A stretch of 64,000 nt of DNA. Source: Octopus vulgaris. Its lineage: Eukaryota. Both the position numbers and the translations under genes were made by a program. Every line of letters begins with the position of its first letter. Positions within the stretch are counted from its first letter, which is position 1. The notes under the pieces were generated by a model that was not told the DNA's origin, searched no databases, and was given only the letters and a program-made list of their open reading frames with translations. The stretch spans positions 18,352,001 through 18,416,000 of the forward strand of contig OX597843.1 in the NCBI GenBank assembly GCA_951406725.2, written 5' to 3'. Positions 14,045-63,774 of the stretch are shown piece after piece.

Positions 14045-15150
14045 TATCAGGCTGAGTAAAAAGTAAGCAACGTTTTGAAACATGAAATTCATCACAATGT
14101 ATTTCAGCAATGCGGAAATTTTATTCATCAAAGTCTGTACCATTACTAAAAACACATTTTTGCCAATGAGTTACAAAGTTTGTTTATTCCGTTAACATAA
14201 AAATCTGGAGTTCTGGAGCTGATGGACTCTTTGAATGCGCTTTCAGCATTGGTTTGATTTTTGAACTCCTTCTCTCGAAGGAAACCATAAAGATACTTGA
14301 AAGAGTGGTAGTCGTTGGGGGAAAGGTCTGGGGAATAGGCTGAGTAGGGAATAACTTCGTAGCCAAATTCCCTAAACTTCTAGAGCGTCATTAGTGAAAC
14401 GTGTGGTCGAGTATAGTCATGAAGAATGATTGGCCCTCATCTATTGACCAGTCTAGGACAGAGGAGTAGCAGGTTTTCGTTCAAATTGGCAATTTCTTGG
14501 TAATATGTTACTGCAGTAATGGATTTTCTGGGTGTTAATAAGTTATAGTGGATGAGTCCAACAGCACATCACTAAACAATCACCATAATCTCTTTTTTGA
14601 AGAGATCGGGTTTAGGGAAGCTTTTCGGTGCTTCATTTTGGTCCATCCACTGCGAAGAACATTTTTTATTATTATACAGAATCTACTTTTCATCGCAAAT
14701 ACGGTCAAGAAATGGATCGGTCTGGTTTCGGGGAAGAAGCGACGAGCACATTTCATAAGTTCACATTTGATTTTCATTCAAATCGTGTGGTACTCATTTG
14801 TTGAGCTTTCCTGATTTTCCGATCGCATACAAATGATTGCAGACAGTTTTCTGGCTGACTTGAAGTTCTCAAGTGGTTTTACGTGGGTCTTTCTCAATGA
14901 CGGTCTTCAATTGACCGCCATCGATGACAGATGAGCGTCTACTACGCTCACGGTCTTCACGTTTCCACTGCGAAATCGTTTAAACCATTTTCAAACTGAC
15001 CACTCACTGGTCATTTCCTCACCAAACGTTTTGTTGATATTGTGAGCAGTTTCAGCTGTTTACATCCTTTTTTATATCGAATATCGCGCTTTGACATTTC
15101 CATTTCAGATGATTGCAACAACGGTGCAAAAATATCAATGTTAATTTATT
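14045..15150 (-). mobile_element. Decayed mariner (Tc1/mariner) element
   Basis: Frameshifted transposase with CDEK*ILYNN, IILHDYTRPH and YSPDLSPNDYHSF motifs; TA + terminal repeat-like sequence near 14045. Confidence 0.85.
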
Positions 15151-16262
15151 GATGCATTTGGGCAAGTTTATGTCTGTATTGTCTGTGTGTTTTGGGTTCT
15201 ATTTCTTTTTCTTTTGTGTGTTCAGGTGACTTCTTGCCATTTTGGTCTTTCGTCGTCCCCCTCCGCGCAAGGTATGTCTGAGTGCTCCGAACAGGGGAGG
15301 GTCAAATCTTGTAGAGCTTTTTGGCGTTGTCCTATTCATAAAGTTGTTGCTTTTTTGGTGGTGGGGACCGGGGTTGATGCTGTTGGTTTTGCTGCTGCCC
15401 GTGCTGCTGCGATTAGTGTTGCTGCTACTGTTACTCTTGATTTTCTTGCCACGATGGTCACCTGCCTCTGTTGGTGCTGTTGCTATTGTTGCTGTGGTGG
15501 TAGTGGTGGTGGTGATGTTGGCAAAAGTGAGAGGCTCCTTTCTTTAATTTGTTGTGAGCAACAGAAGAAATTTAGATGATTTGTGTCCCCACACAGATGA
15601 TGCCGCAGCCAGCAGCTTTCAAAGACCGCGTGGAGGTTGGTGCCACCGTGTGAATTTATGATATCTGGAATTGTGTCCAGACTTTGGCTGTCCATTTTCA
15701 CCCACAATTTTAGGCCTTGACCCGAATAGTTTTGTTTGTAAAGTTTCCGCATCTGTAAGATGCTCGTTTTGACCTATATGTCCAAGGGGACAGCTACCCC
15801 CAAGAATCAGCTGTCTATTTCTGGTGGTATGTCTTCTTTTTTAGGGTCAAAGTGGATTGATTCTTTGCCTCCTCTTCATTTTTCTGTTATGTTTTTGTTC
15901 GTACTGATGGTTGTGATGCTGTTGTTGTTGTTGTTGCCACATTTGCTGCTGCTGCTGCTGCTGCCTTTGCTTTGTTTCTCAAAAATATTAACAAGCGGAG
16001 GTGACAAAATGTCAAAACGGATGATGTAAGGACCTTTACTTGCCTCGATTTGGGAAGCCATACTGAACTTTTTCTTTTTAAAATATTAATTTGTTATTTT
16101 TTAAAACTCAAATTTCGCCTTTAAGGAGCGAATTCTGGCCACCGCAGCTAGCCCCGTTTACAGCGAGGTGGGTTCTGTCGTCAATAAAATTTTGAAAACA
16201 GACATTGGAACAACAAATTCTAAAGAAAGATTAGAGCTCCGAACAACTAGTCTCCAAAACCA
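15150..16262 (-). mobile_element. Degraded L1/Tx1-type LINE 5' end/ORF1 fragment
   Basis: NYSGQGLKLWVKMDSQSLDTIPDII...CGDTNHL aligns by eye with KNWSGMGIELLVQIQQENINAIPDSV...CSSESHL in ORF1 at 21120-21668. Confidence 0.7.
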
Positions 16263-16279
16263 GACACAATAATAATAAT

Positions 16280-16614
16280 AACAACAAAGAAATGGAGAAA
16301 CTTTCAAAATACAAAGACCTAGAAATAGAGGTAACTAGAATGTGGAATCTGAAAACAGAAACAATTCCTATCATAGTAGGTGCATTAGGCATGATAAAAA
16401 AATATTCAGACAAATACATGACAAAAGTAACAGGAGTTACAAACACATATAACATACAGAAAATTGCACTACTAGCCACTGCACACATCTTACGCAAAAC
16501 ACTTTCCATACAATAACCATCAGAGCATCATAACAAATCACAGCACATACCCAAGGCACACAGAGCTGCGCTCGGTAGTGAAGTGAAAGCACGCTATAAA
16601 AATAAAACTACTGA

Positions 16615-16620
<6 letters not shown>
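16280..16620 (+). mobile_element. R4/Dong-like (RLE) LINE 3' fragment with (TAA)n tail
   Basis: EKLSKYKDLEIEVTRMWNLKTETIPIIVGALG...AHILRKTL C-terminus, homologous to 61912-62592. Confidence 0.8.
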
Positions 16621-16684
<64 letters not shown>

Positions 16685-16751
16685 CAACAACAACAACAAT
16701 AATAATGATAATGATAACAACAACAACAACAACAACAATAATAATAATAAT

Positions 16752-19700
16752 GATTTATTCTTTTTATTGGCCACAAGGGCTGACACACATGATTGGAAAA
16801 CATAAAGGGACAACACAGGACGAAAGGTTACAAAGGGTTTTGTCCGTTTGTGAAAAATCCGTGTAAACAACAGTGTAACAATGAAAATATTTAACAACGA
16901 AAAATTCCCAAAAGGGGGAGGCGTTACGAAAGGTTCCTGGTGGAAAAAAGCCTATAAAAGCCAACGGGAGCCTGGTCAAAAAAGGGGGTAGAGAGTCCCT
17001 TTTTTTCTCCTTTTATAGTACCTTTTTGAATCACAGGCGAAACCTGAGAACTGGTCCATTTATACTGGCCATTCTCGCACAATTCACCCACGTTTCAGAA
17101 AATTTGCTATCGGACAGCACTCTCCTCTCTAACCACATCTTCCTTTTCAAGTGAAACTTTAAAAAGTTGATGAGGCCTTGACCAAAGAGGAAATTGTCTG
17201 ACTTTAGCCCTTTCAAACGGGTCCACCATACCACCTCTTTCGCCACAGCCACTAGGCACAAGAAAACGGCCTCGCCCTCCTTGTTAAAGGAGGTCGGTGG
17301 GGCAATCTTCACTATGGATTCGGCCGATAGCCGGATCCGTCCTACACGCGACAGTAGCTGTTCGACATAAACCCATAGTTCAGCAATACTCGGGCACTGG
17401 ACGAGTGCGTGCAGAACGGTTTCGTCGTCCTGGCAACACCTCGGGCAGGCCCGGCTAACGGCACTTCCGTGCCGGTAGAGTTTATCTCGAACAGGCAGAG
17501 TCCCTCGGTAGCACTGCCAGGCGAGCGATCTCTGGAAATTATCCATCGGCCCCGGCCCGAAAGTCCTTCCGAACAGACAGCACAGTTCGTCATCTTCAAC
17601 ACCTAGAGTTTCCCCGAGAACGTCGTCGCATTTTTCCTCCACTAACCCTCTATAGAACGCTAGAGTGGAGCTGTAACCGATCGCATTGCCCGCCTGGCGG
17701 AGGGTGGAGAGAGCTTGATGGCACTCGAGGTGCCAAGCGCCCTTTCTCGGTCTAAGTTTGATCCAGGTCTGCAGCTCTGTCAAAGAGACGAGCTGCGGAA
17801 GTCGCGTCTGACAAAAGACGACCATACCTGTTCACCGTCTAGGAAACGCTTGACATGTCGCAGCCTGAGCGCATGTCTGCGCATCAGCAACCACGGCATT
17901 CCAAGGCCTCCGTTCAGCGGTCGTTGACAGCAGATGGATCGCCTGACCAGTGGCACCTGACCCTTCCACAAAAAGTCGAAGAGCAGGCGTACCAGCTTGG
18001 CCAACCAGCGGTCGGGACAAGGGACGACGGTCAAGCGGTAATAGATGACGGATGCGATGTACGCATTCGCCACCTCCGCTCGACCTTTCAGGGACAGCTT
18101 CCTCTCGGCCCATTTCTGGGTGAGACGTGCCACCCTGCTCGTCACCTCTTCCCAGTTTTTATCCAGCTGGAGGTCCGGACCGAACCAGACCCCGAGCAGT
18201 TTAATGGGTCCGTCTGTCCAGCGCCCTACGACGCTGTTGGACGGCATGGGCTTGCCTCTCCAGGTGCCCAGTTGCAGGCCCACAGACTTTTCCGCGTTAA
18301 TCTTTGCCCCTGTCACCGCTTCGTACTCGTTTAGTGTCTCGCCAATCAGGCCAATGTGCCTGTGGCTCGACACCATCACGGTGACGTCGTCATCATAGGC
18401 AGACACGCTGTTTCCGTCTACTAGATCGCGCGGGATACCCCTCAAAGCCTCCAACTTGTGCAGTAATGGCTCGAGAGTCAATATGTACAAGAGGGAGGAG
18501 AGAGGGCATCCTTGGCAGACCGAACGCGAGATGTCGAACGGTTCCGAAAGGTGACCGTTCACCCGTATCACCGAGCAGATGTTGCTGTATAAAGCAGCTA
18601 TCCACCCGCGGAACACTGGACCGAAGCCGACTGCCTTGAGAACAGCTGCCAGGTACCGATGGTCGACCCTATCGAAGGCTTTACTCTGATCTAAGTTGAT
18701 CAAAGCCTCACCCGCGCCAGCGTCGTAACCCACCCTCTCTATGAGGTAGCGCATGAGATGGAGGTTGTCGTGTATCGACCTGGTCGGCACGGCGCATGTC
18801 TGCGTCTTGCCGACCAGCTTGTCCACGACAAGCGCCAATCTCTTGGCTAGCACCTTGGCCAAAATCTTCAACTCTGCATTGAGCAGAGTGATGGGCCGAA
18901 AATTCCCTATAACGTCCCCCTTGTTTGGGTCCTTCTTCAGCAAGGCCACCACCCCTCGACAGACAAAAGCAGAGATTCTCCCGTTTTGCTGCCAGTTGCA
19001 GTAGACGTTTGCCAACAGGCCCGCAAACAAGTCTGGCATTGAAGTGTAAAGCTCGTAGGGCAGACCATCCAAACCAGGCGATCTACCTCTCGTGCAACTC
19101 TTCATCGCTTCCTCCACTTCTCAGGCAGATATCGGTCCCTCGCAGCACTCTGCCTCGCTGTCCAAGAGTTGCGGTAGGCCGTCCAGGTACACACCGAAGT
19201 CTGCATCATTGTGTGTTCCACCGCTCGTCCCAAACAGTTGAGCAAAGTGCCGCTGAAGCACCGTACACATCTGCTTCGGTTCGGTAACCTCGCGCCCGTT
19301 CTGGTTCACCAAAGACTGAATGGTTGCTTGGTTGCCTCGCTTCGCCTCCGCCACGCTGGCCCATCGAGCGGCTCTAGTCCCCTCCCCGCTTAGCGAACGT
19401 GCCTTAGCTCTGACAACGCAGCCTTCGTGTTTGGCGTCGAAGTGTTGGTCGAGGGCCAACCTTGCCGCCAACACGTCGGTCGCGATGCCAGTCTCAGAGC
19501 CTCGTCTAGTTTCTTAACTAAATCCCGCTCTCTCTTCCTACGTTCAATAGCTAGAGTCTTTCTATACCTAATCGACTCTACTCTAATTGCTCTCTTGAGG
19601 GCAAACCACCAGTTGTTGTTGATGATTGCCCCCGTGAGCGCCCGCTTAACTAGGAAACTAATCCGGTCTCTGTAAGCTTTGCACGCCGTTAACGACGCGT

Positions 19701-22545
19701 TCAGCTTCCAGTAGCCGGGTCCCTGTCTATGTAGCCTAAGTCGATCGTACAGATCACTAATTTGTGGTCCGTATAGTCGACTAGGTGGAATTGTGGACAC
19801 CCTACGCTGTCCTTATCCGCTGGCCTACAAAACACTCTATCTAAGTACGATCTAGACGACCCGATGCGATTGGTCCAAGTCCACATTGGCACATTCGGGT
19901 TGTCTAGTCGAAACCTGTCGGACAGCTGAAAGCGTCCGAGTAGGTTGGCGAGGCACTTGCACCCTCCTCCTCCTCCTCTCCTATCAGACGCTCCCCTGCC
20001 CACCCGATCGAAACGTTCCAATCCCCAACTAGCACCAGAATGCGTGACGTTCCCAGGAAAACTTCCAGACGTTTGAAATAATCCGACTGCCCTGCTCCTG
20101 TCGGAGCGTAGGCAGCCAGCAGTCTGAATGCACCGCCGTCACTACCGTCTACGTCGAGGACCACCAACTTACCTTCCGGATCCAAGAAGACTGTCCTTAT
20201 TTTCAAGTCCAGGCCCTTCCGAAACAAACCAGGCTCTCCGACACGCAGTACCACCACCGCCCGCTCCCGGCCAACACGGAGATAGAAATATCTCGTATCC
20301 GCCGAAAAGGGCTGCGAGTTCCTGCGGGTCGGAGAACCTGGTTTCACTGATGGCTGCTACATCCACATCATGAAACCTCACGTCATTTAACAGGTGACCC
20401 TGTTTCCAAGGTGACCCGAGGCCTCTCACATTCAAGCAACCGATTCTAAGATTTGCCATGTTTCAAAAGTAGGGAAAAAAGGAGAAAAAAGGCTCTACTT
20501 ACTGTTGTTGGTGGTAGGGGTGGCTCCCTTGTGGTTTTGCACGGGTGCTTCCCCTATATTTTTATATAGTTTCTTAGAGAAACTTTCCCCTAACGATCCC
20601 ACATCGTTAGGGAATATTTGTTTTATTTCGTTGTATGTTTTTGTGTTTATTTTTATTGTGAGAATGTGTGCTGGTGGTGTGTTTTGTGTTGGTATAACAA
20701 AATCTGTTATACTTGTACTAGTTCTGTCTTTCAAGTATTCAACCAGTTCCTGGTTCCTTGTATTTATTGATGTAATTGCGTCTGTGTGTGTTTGTGTGTG
20801 GCAGTGGTAGTAGTGGTGTCGAAAGTGTTGTTGTTGTTTGTTGTGAGTGTGTGTTGTTGTTGTTGTTGTTGATGTTTGGAAGCAGTATTTGTTCGTGCTT
20901 CCCCTGTGTGTCTTTTTGTTTTCTCCTCCTTTTCTTTTTTGGAGGCACCGTGTCGGAATCAGTGCTCGCACAATCCGAGCACTCTTCATCCGGCAAAGGA
21001 ATGGTTGAGGGGTCTGCTTCAGCAGCAGGACGAAAGGTTGTTTGTTCCGCCGGTATCGGTGGTGCCGCTGCTCCTGTTGCTGTTGATTGTGCCCGCGTTG
21101 GTGAACTCTCCCCTTCTCTTCATGCTGCTGTCGACCTTCTAGGTACTGGTGTTGGTGTTGGTTTGGTGGTTGTTGTTGTTGGAGATGGTGTCGTTCGTCT
21201 TGGTGCTGGTGATGATGTTGGTGGTGTGGCAGCCTTTGGTGTTTCGTGCTGTTGTTGTTGTTTCTGTTGTTGTTGTTGCTGTTGTTGTTGTTGCTGTTGC
21301 TGCCTCTTGCTGTTTGCCTCCATTCTTTTATTTTGAATGGGGCAGTCCCTCTTCAGGTGGCTTTCGCTACTGCAGAGGAGACATTTTGGCTTTCGCCCCT
21401 CTGCAGTAACGTTTAGCCTGGTTCCATCCAGTAAAATGACCGAGTCAGGTATGGCATTAATGTTTTCCTGCTGGATCTGTACCAGCAGTTCAATACCCAT
21501 ACCTGACCAGTTCTTTTCTCTTACCCTCCGAACATTTAGAATAGTGGCAGTGTCCTCCATGCCATAGAGGATAGCCGCCACTAGCCATGATATGTTTAGT
21601 TCGGGGGGTATTGTGTTGATTCTTATTTTCTGGACCCTACGCCCGACGTACGTTGGCACAAGGAACAAATTTTCATTTTACAAGGGCGAGATGGCATGCG
21701 CCCTTGCTTGCTTCTCTGTTGGGAAGCGAAGCTCCACGGTTCCGAAACGCTTCCCTCTGGTCACATAGCTCTTTTTGCTCCATATGGGCTTTAGAGCCAT
21801 TTCTAATTGTTGGGGTGTGGCGTTAACCAGTCTTTTAGTTTTCTTGTCGAAAACTTTGTAAAAAATTGTTTTTTTGTTGGTGTCATGTATGAGTTGTTGA
21901 GGTGTGTTGAGGAAAACACAGTTTCCCTCTTTTCCTAACAACTCTTTTGCCATTTTAATATCCTCTATTCAAACTTTTACTTCGTCCGAAATCTCCTTCG
22001 CAGCTGAAGCAAAACCTTTGGAATCTTCTTCATTTTTCCTTTCTTTATTTGTCACTTTGTTATTCATTAACTTCCCTTCCTCACCCTTCGGTACTATAAC
22101 ATTAGTTGTAGGCAGAGGAGGGAAATCTAAAATGACGTCGAAAGTGACGTCTTCTTTTTTGTTCTCATTTGGAACGTTTTGCTTTCCAGCACGTTCCATT
22201 GCAAAGTTTTCTTTGCCTTTTACGGCGCGAAATGGGCGGTTCGGAACCGCTAACAAATTTTTTTCTTCTTGTGGAGGGGGTGGTGTAAAAAGAAGGGAAG
22301 AGACAGCTGCTTTTTTTAACGACATTTTGGGAAATGTGCAATGAGATAAAATGCAAAAAGTCAGTTTTAAACAGTGATTTTACCCCCAAAGGGGTAAAAC
22401 TTTACCTAGCCAACTAGCTCCGTAAAAAGTTAGTCGGCTTGGCCACAAAAATATCGAAAAATATAACAATTTTTGAAAAATTTCCAATAAAATTGGCACA
22501 AAACTCACAGAGCTGATTCACATACGTCCGTCGTGTCGGAGAGAA
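16752..22545 (-). mobile_element. Near full-length L1/Tx1-clade LINE, disrupted by stops and frameshifts
   Basis: ORF1 (~22325-20495) has a CCHC knuckle CLLCSSESHLKRDC and poly-Q. ORF2 (20459-17031) has an APE start MANLRIGCLNVRGL, RT motifs SPGLDGLP, FRPITLLN, DQSKAFDRV, QGCPLS, AYDDD, and C-terminal CPRC...ETVLHALVQC. AATAAA lies near the 3' end; both ends sit in (AAT)n. Confidence 0.93.
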
Positions 22546-22555
22546 ATAATAATAA

Positions 22556-22615
<60 letters not shown>

Positions 22616-22629
22616 TAATAATAATAATG

Positions 22630-23188
22630 ATGATGCCCTGATGCAGTACCAGACAGTGGCCCGCATGACTCCTGATCTTAACTCATTGAAAATGTTATCA
22701 TGTACATTGTTTTGTCTTGGTATAAAAGATGGGCCACAGCAAATATTCTGCTCAATACCACAGATTTGCTTGTCAGTTGTTTGACCTTAACCAGTTGAAC
22801 ATGTCCCTTAGTGGCTGACGATATGTGCATCTCTGATCATGAGCAGAAGTAGTGGGGGAGCATCATAGCCATGTGTTGAGAGGGATTCTTTGAGGTTTGA
22901 ATAATTCACCTCTGGAAACATGGGTGTTTCGTTCAACATCCTTAAACAACCCTTATTCAGGGACCTTTTGAGCGGGATGGGTTACTCGACCAGAAGAAAA
23001 TTCTAACTGGGCCCCACCTGCAAGGTCATATGCTGTTTATCTTGATGTGAGATCACCATGTCGCGCATATATGGTTTTGATGCATGTGCCTAGTGTACCC
23101 TTATCAGACGGGTAGTCATGATGGGTATACTGGGCTTCGTATATTTTACCCCAGTGTCACTTTGATGGCATGCACTGCTCTCTAACTC

Positions 23189-23190
<2 letters not shown>
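22630..23190 (+). mobile_element. (TAA)n-flanked interspersed repeat, unclassified
   Basis: A reverse-complement copy is at 63775-64000; both abut (TAA)n. Confidence 0.65.
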
Positions 23191-23231
<41 letters not shown>

Positions 23232-23263
23232 TTAAAAAAATATATATATAATGATGATAATAA

Positions 23264-23315
<52 letters not shown>

Positions 23316-23432
23316 TGACATGAAGTGAGATGATGTGACGGTGTTGATGGTGAGTTGGTCAGTTGTAGTAAGTTCTTGAATGTTAAGGAAGGCTATTTTC
23401 ATGTTAAGCAAAAAAAACAAAATTAGAAAGAT

Positions 23433-23512
<80 letters not shown>

Positions 23513-23515
<3 letters not shown>

Positions 23516-23712
23516 GGAGAATTCAGAAAAAAAAAACAAAAGACGAAGACAGGTGGTGTATAAAACCAACTGATGTATTAGTATAATGCTTGGGAAGTGA
23601 AAAAGTTTTTAACGTTTCGAGGCTAGGCTCTTCCACAGAAAGGAACACGGAAAGAAACGGGGAGAGAAACAAGGAGAGAAAAAAAGAATGTGCAGTGACT
23701 AGCGATCTATCA
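23513..23712 (-). mobile_element. Possible Penelope-like terminal repeat remnant
   Basis: Minus strand has a degenerate hammerhead-like core tggaagagcctagcctcgaaacgt; lies between microsatellites. Confidence 0.35.
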
Positions 23713-23743
<31 letters not shown>

Positions 23744-23745
23744 CA

Positions 23746-23779
<34 letters not shown>

Positions 23780-23812
23780 CATACATACATACATATATAC
23801 ATACATACATAT

Positions 23813-23852
<40 letters not shown>

Positions 23853-24249
23853 AAGTGATGTACAGATATATAGTTATCGATAATGGAAGCAAGCGCTACA
23901 GCGTATATAGAATTTAAATATATAAAGAAATATATAATCATCCGACGTTTTGAATACCTTATTATTCTCTCTCTCTCCCCCCTCTCTCTCTCTTTATATA
24001 TATATATATATATATGCGTATATGCGTGTGTGTGTGTGTGTGTATGTGTGTAAGGGAAGAGAGATATATAAATTATTAGATAAATAGATATTATTGTATA
24101 TATAATTTTCTGAGCTTTTTAATTTGTTTTGCTGTTAATGTTTCTTTTGTTGTTGTTGTTTCCTTATCCACTTTCTTTATTTTCTTGTGTCTATTAGTGT
24201 CCCCAAAGAAATTGGCTTCTTTTGATGTACGTCCATTTTTATTTGTTCA

Positions 24250-25054
24250 CTAGCAGTATTGCCCGGCTCGTGCGCTCGTGCGTTCTATGCACGCGCGAAT
24301 TAAGCTAAACTTTTTTTTTAAATCAAGCATTTAATGCCCTCTATTTTTGCGCTTATGTGTTCCATTTCCTCAATAGGAAGTACGTAGAAGCTTTTCATAA
24401 ATTTTTGTTGATCAAATAATTGCATTGTTGAATTATTCTTTTAGATCAGTATTTCTCAACGGGGGTTTCAGGGGAGAGTTTCAGGGAGTCGCTGGCGATG
24501 TATTGTGATGATCAAAAATCCGGCCTGTTAAAATTTGGTTAGTGATTCAAACTGCAGACTCAACGCAAAATTGTCACATTTAATTCAAAGCGTTAAAAAT
24601 GTTATGAAAACAATTGGTATGAGTTCACAAAGACCAAACGATTAATACGAAAAAACCCTCCAGGCTACATCCCGAAAATTCATTTCTTTGCCGAATTTCT
24701 ACAATGTTTACGGCGATTCGTTTTTATAACTTGATTTTTTATTTTTCATGCAGTTTACGCATGCTTGCACGCGTGGGGAACACAGTTCACGTCAAACAGC
24801 TGACTGAATAAAGTTCACTATGCAATGCATGGGATAAGGCCTAAAGAAACACATTATCGATTTTTGCACTTGCGAGATGAATTTCGGAACAGATATAGCG
24901 CAGTTCAATTTTCATTCGCCTAAACTTTAAGTGACCCATGTTTGGTGGTTCTACGATTTGTTGGCTAGGAGGAGATGTGCCGGAAAGTTAAACACACGGA
25001 CACACACACACATATACACAGACAGACACACAAGTTGAGTTTTATATATATAGA
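24250..25054 (-). mobile_element. Non-autonomous Helitron
   Basis: Minus strand starts TCTATATATATAAAA and ends with a GC-rich subterminal segment + CTAG; inserted between A and T, no TSD. Confidence 0.75.
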
Positions 25055-25084
25055 TTTACGTTCATGCTTTATTCTTGTTTTCAG

Positions 25085-25117
25085 AAAAAAAAGTAAAATG
25101 AAATCATGAAAGTGTAG
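25085..25117 (+). other. Possible short 5' UTR exon of the LRR gene
   Basis: ttcttgttttcAG|33 nt|GTGAG. It would carry two tiny uORFs (ATG AAA TCA TGA; ATG AAA GTG TAG). Splice signals are the only support. Confidence 0.3.
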
Positions 25118-25599
25118 GTGAGGAAAAATTTGTAAGAACGCTTCTAAACCTGGGGTACAGGAAAAATCCTTCGTTACAGTACAGTTGCTTGTGGGGTCCC
25201 ATCGGATTTAACGACCCAACCGGGTTTACAACCACTGCGTATTTAGGGTCCACGAAACTCATGGTTCGTTAGTTTTGTATATATATTAGACCCCCCGAGT
25301 ATGGTTACAGATGTGTGTAGGAGTGCGTTTGTGTTTGTGTGTGTGTGTGTGTGTTTGGTATTTCCTTTGATATTATTACACGTTAAAGCTATAATATTTA
25401 ATAAATTTCTTCACACAAATTTATCGAAATTTAATTTTTTAGCTTTAAATATCCAGTCACGAAAACAAAAATATATTTGTTATGTGGAACAGGGGTGAAT
25501 TTTAGTTCCTTCGGAGAATCTGCAATTTGAAGTTAATAACATTGAAATCTCTGACATTTCCTATTTTCTTCTTTTACAGATAAATCTACGCCTAGCAAT

Positions 25600-59955
<34,356 letters not shown>

Positions 59956-61565
59956 GTAAGCAAACAAGTTCTTTTTGTTTATAGGAAAATGAAAATAATA
60001 AAATGAAGTCATCAAATTCTCAATTCCTCGTCAAATGTTGTTGGTAATAAACAACAATGAATTGATTTAAATTTCATGATTTCCGAGCATTGTGTTTTAT
60101 TATCGAAATGTTTATGTTCAAATATCAGAAGGTTGGTTTGATCTAGTTTCCTCCATGTTTATAAATACACATAATTAACTGGAGTCGAGAGAGTGACCTA
60201 CATACCAACCTTCATGCATACATATATAAAGATTCCTGTGTGTGTATGCGTATGTGCATACATAAACACACACACACACACACACACATACACACACACA
60301 CACATGTATACATACATGTGTGTGCGTAGAGAGAGAAGTAAAGAAAGAAAGAGAGGGAAATTTAACACAATCCTATCTTTATTAAAGCTTAACCACACTG
60401 CTTGGAATGGAGAACCTTTTAAGGGAGATAAATAGTAGTAAAACTAACAACGTTTGCGCCGTATTAGAGGTTGGGAGGTATACAAGCAGATCTATTTCAA
60501 AATTGTAATTATCAGGACATTATAGAATTGCATTACGATGTAGCAAAATTCCTAAAAGTTTCAGAATATTCTCTTCTGAAAATCATTTTCAATAAAGGAA
60601 GTGCCAAGGGAGAAAATATTTCCAATACCTACAATTTCAGATATATCTGCTATAATTTCCAGTTATATTTAGAATGCTTATCCAGCTAAATCTCTCATGT
60701 CAAATATAACTGGTATTTTACTCAGCAATATTTCGCAGCTTCGCAATACCTAGCAACTTATGCCACAACACTTATATGACAATACCATTTGCTCGTATGT
60801 CACTAATATCTTGTAGCTGGTAATCTATATATTGCAGGTTAGCTACATTTAGTAGATTTATCCATATCTTGTATGTCATCTTTTCAAAAATATCATCTAA
60901 ATCTATCATAGTATGTCATCTGTTCAGAATATCATCTATATCTAGTATATCTTCTAAATCTAGTATGCCATTTATATATTATATATCATCTCTTTCTCCT
61001 ATGACAGCTGTATGTAATCTGTTTGCCCAATACATTTTATTATATCATATTTGTCTTATGATTGAAAACTATATCTAGAATATCATCTTATGATTCTCTA
61101 GCCACATCCTACCTCATTTTATTTGGTGTCTGTTATTTTTAATTATCATTTTCTCATTTCTCCTCTCTAATAAATCTACTGCAGTATGTAGTACAGAGTG
61201 GTGGGAAAGGCTTACATTCATAGCCCCCCCTCCGTCTCTCTGTAACAGTAACTTTACTTTCTACTGTCATATTCATGCTTGAATATGTATGAAGATGTCT
61301 ATGATTGCATGTGAAGGGTCAAATGAGAAGGTTAAACCTTCTTTTATTCATTTTCCCTCTAATTTCTACTCAGGCATAAGACACTTGAACTGAGAGGTTT
61401 TTGGCTTTAGCGATTACCTGATGACCTCCTTATCAATGGATTATTTGGTTTTGGCCAATACACAGCGAATGACACAGACCCAAAGACATACAGACATATT
61501 AAAATGAATTGAAATGAAAATGAAACAGTTATCTTCTATCACATAACTTATAAAATCAACAAAAG

Positions 61566-61607
<42 letters not shown>

Positions 61608-61719
61608 TATTATTATTATTATTATTATTATCATTATTATTATTTTTATTATTATTATTATTATTACTATTATTATTATTGTTATTATTATTATTATCAT
61701 CATTATTATTATTATTATT

Positions 61720-63405
<1,686 letters not shown>

Positions 63406-63412
63406 CATCATC

Positions 63413-63444
<32 letters not shown>

Positions 63445-63479
63445 CATCATCACCATCATCACCATCATCATCATCATCA

Positions 63480-63546
<67 letters not shown>

Positions 63547-63554
63547 GCACACCG

Positions 63555-63733
63555 GGTGAAATGCTTATTGGTATTTCGTCTGTGTTCACGTTATGAGTTC
63601 AAATGCCACCGAGGTCGACTTTGTCTTTCATCCTTTCAGCGTCGATTAAATAAGTACCAGTTACGCACCGGGGTCGATCAAATCGACTTAGTCCCTTCCC
63701 CCAAATTTGAGGACTTGTGCTTCCGCTAGAAAG
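63555..63733 (+). mobile_element. tRNA-derived SINE (family 2), partial
   Basis: gagttcaaatgccaccgaggtcgactttgtctttcatcc...ttccccaaattt. Confidence 0.65.
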
Positions 63734-63774
63734 AATTATTATTATTATTATTGTTATCATTATTATTATGTTTA

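Noticed and set aside
25131-25308. Short TG...CA-bounded segment upstream of the first coding exon
   Set aside because: No TSD and no second copy, so it cannot be called an LTR.
60640-61460. Candidate acceptors at about 60640 and 61374 for further exons
   Set aside because: Phase-2 reading hits stops and gives no LRR pattern.
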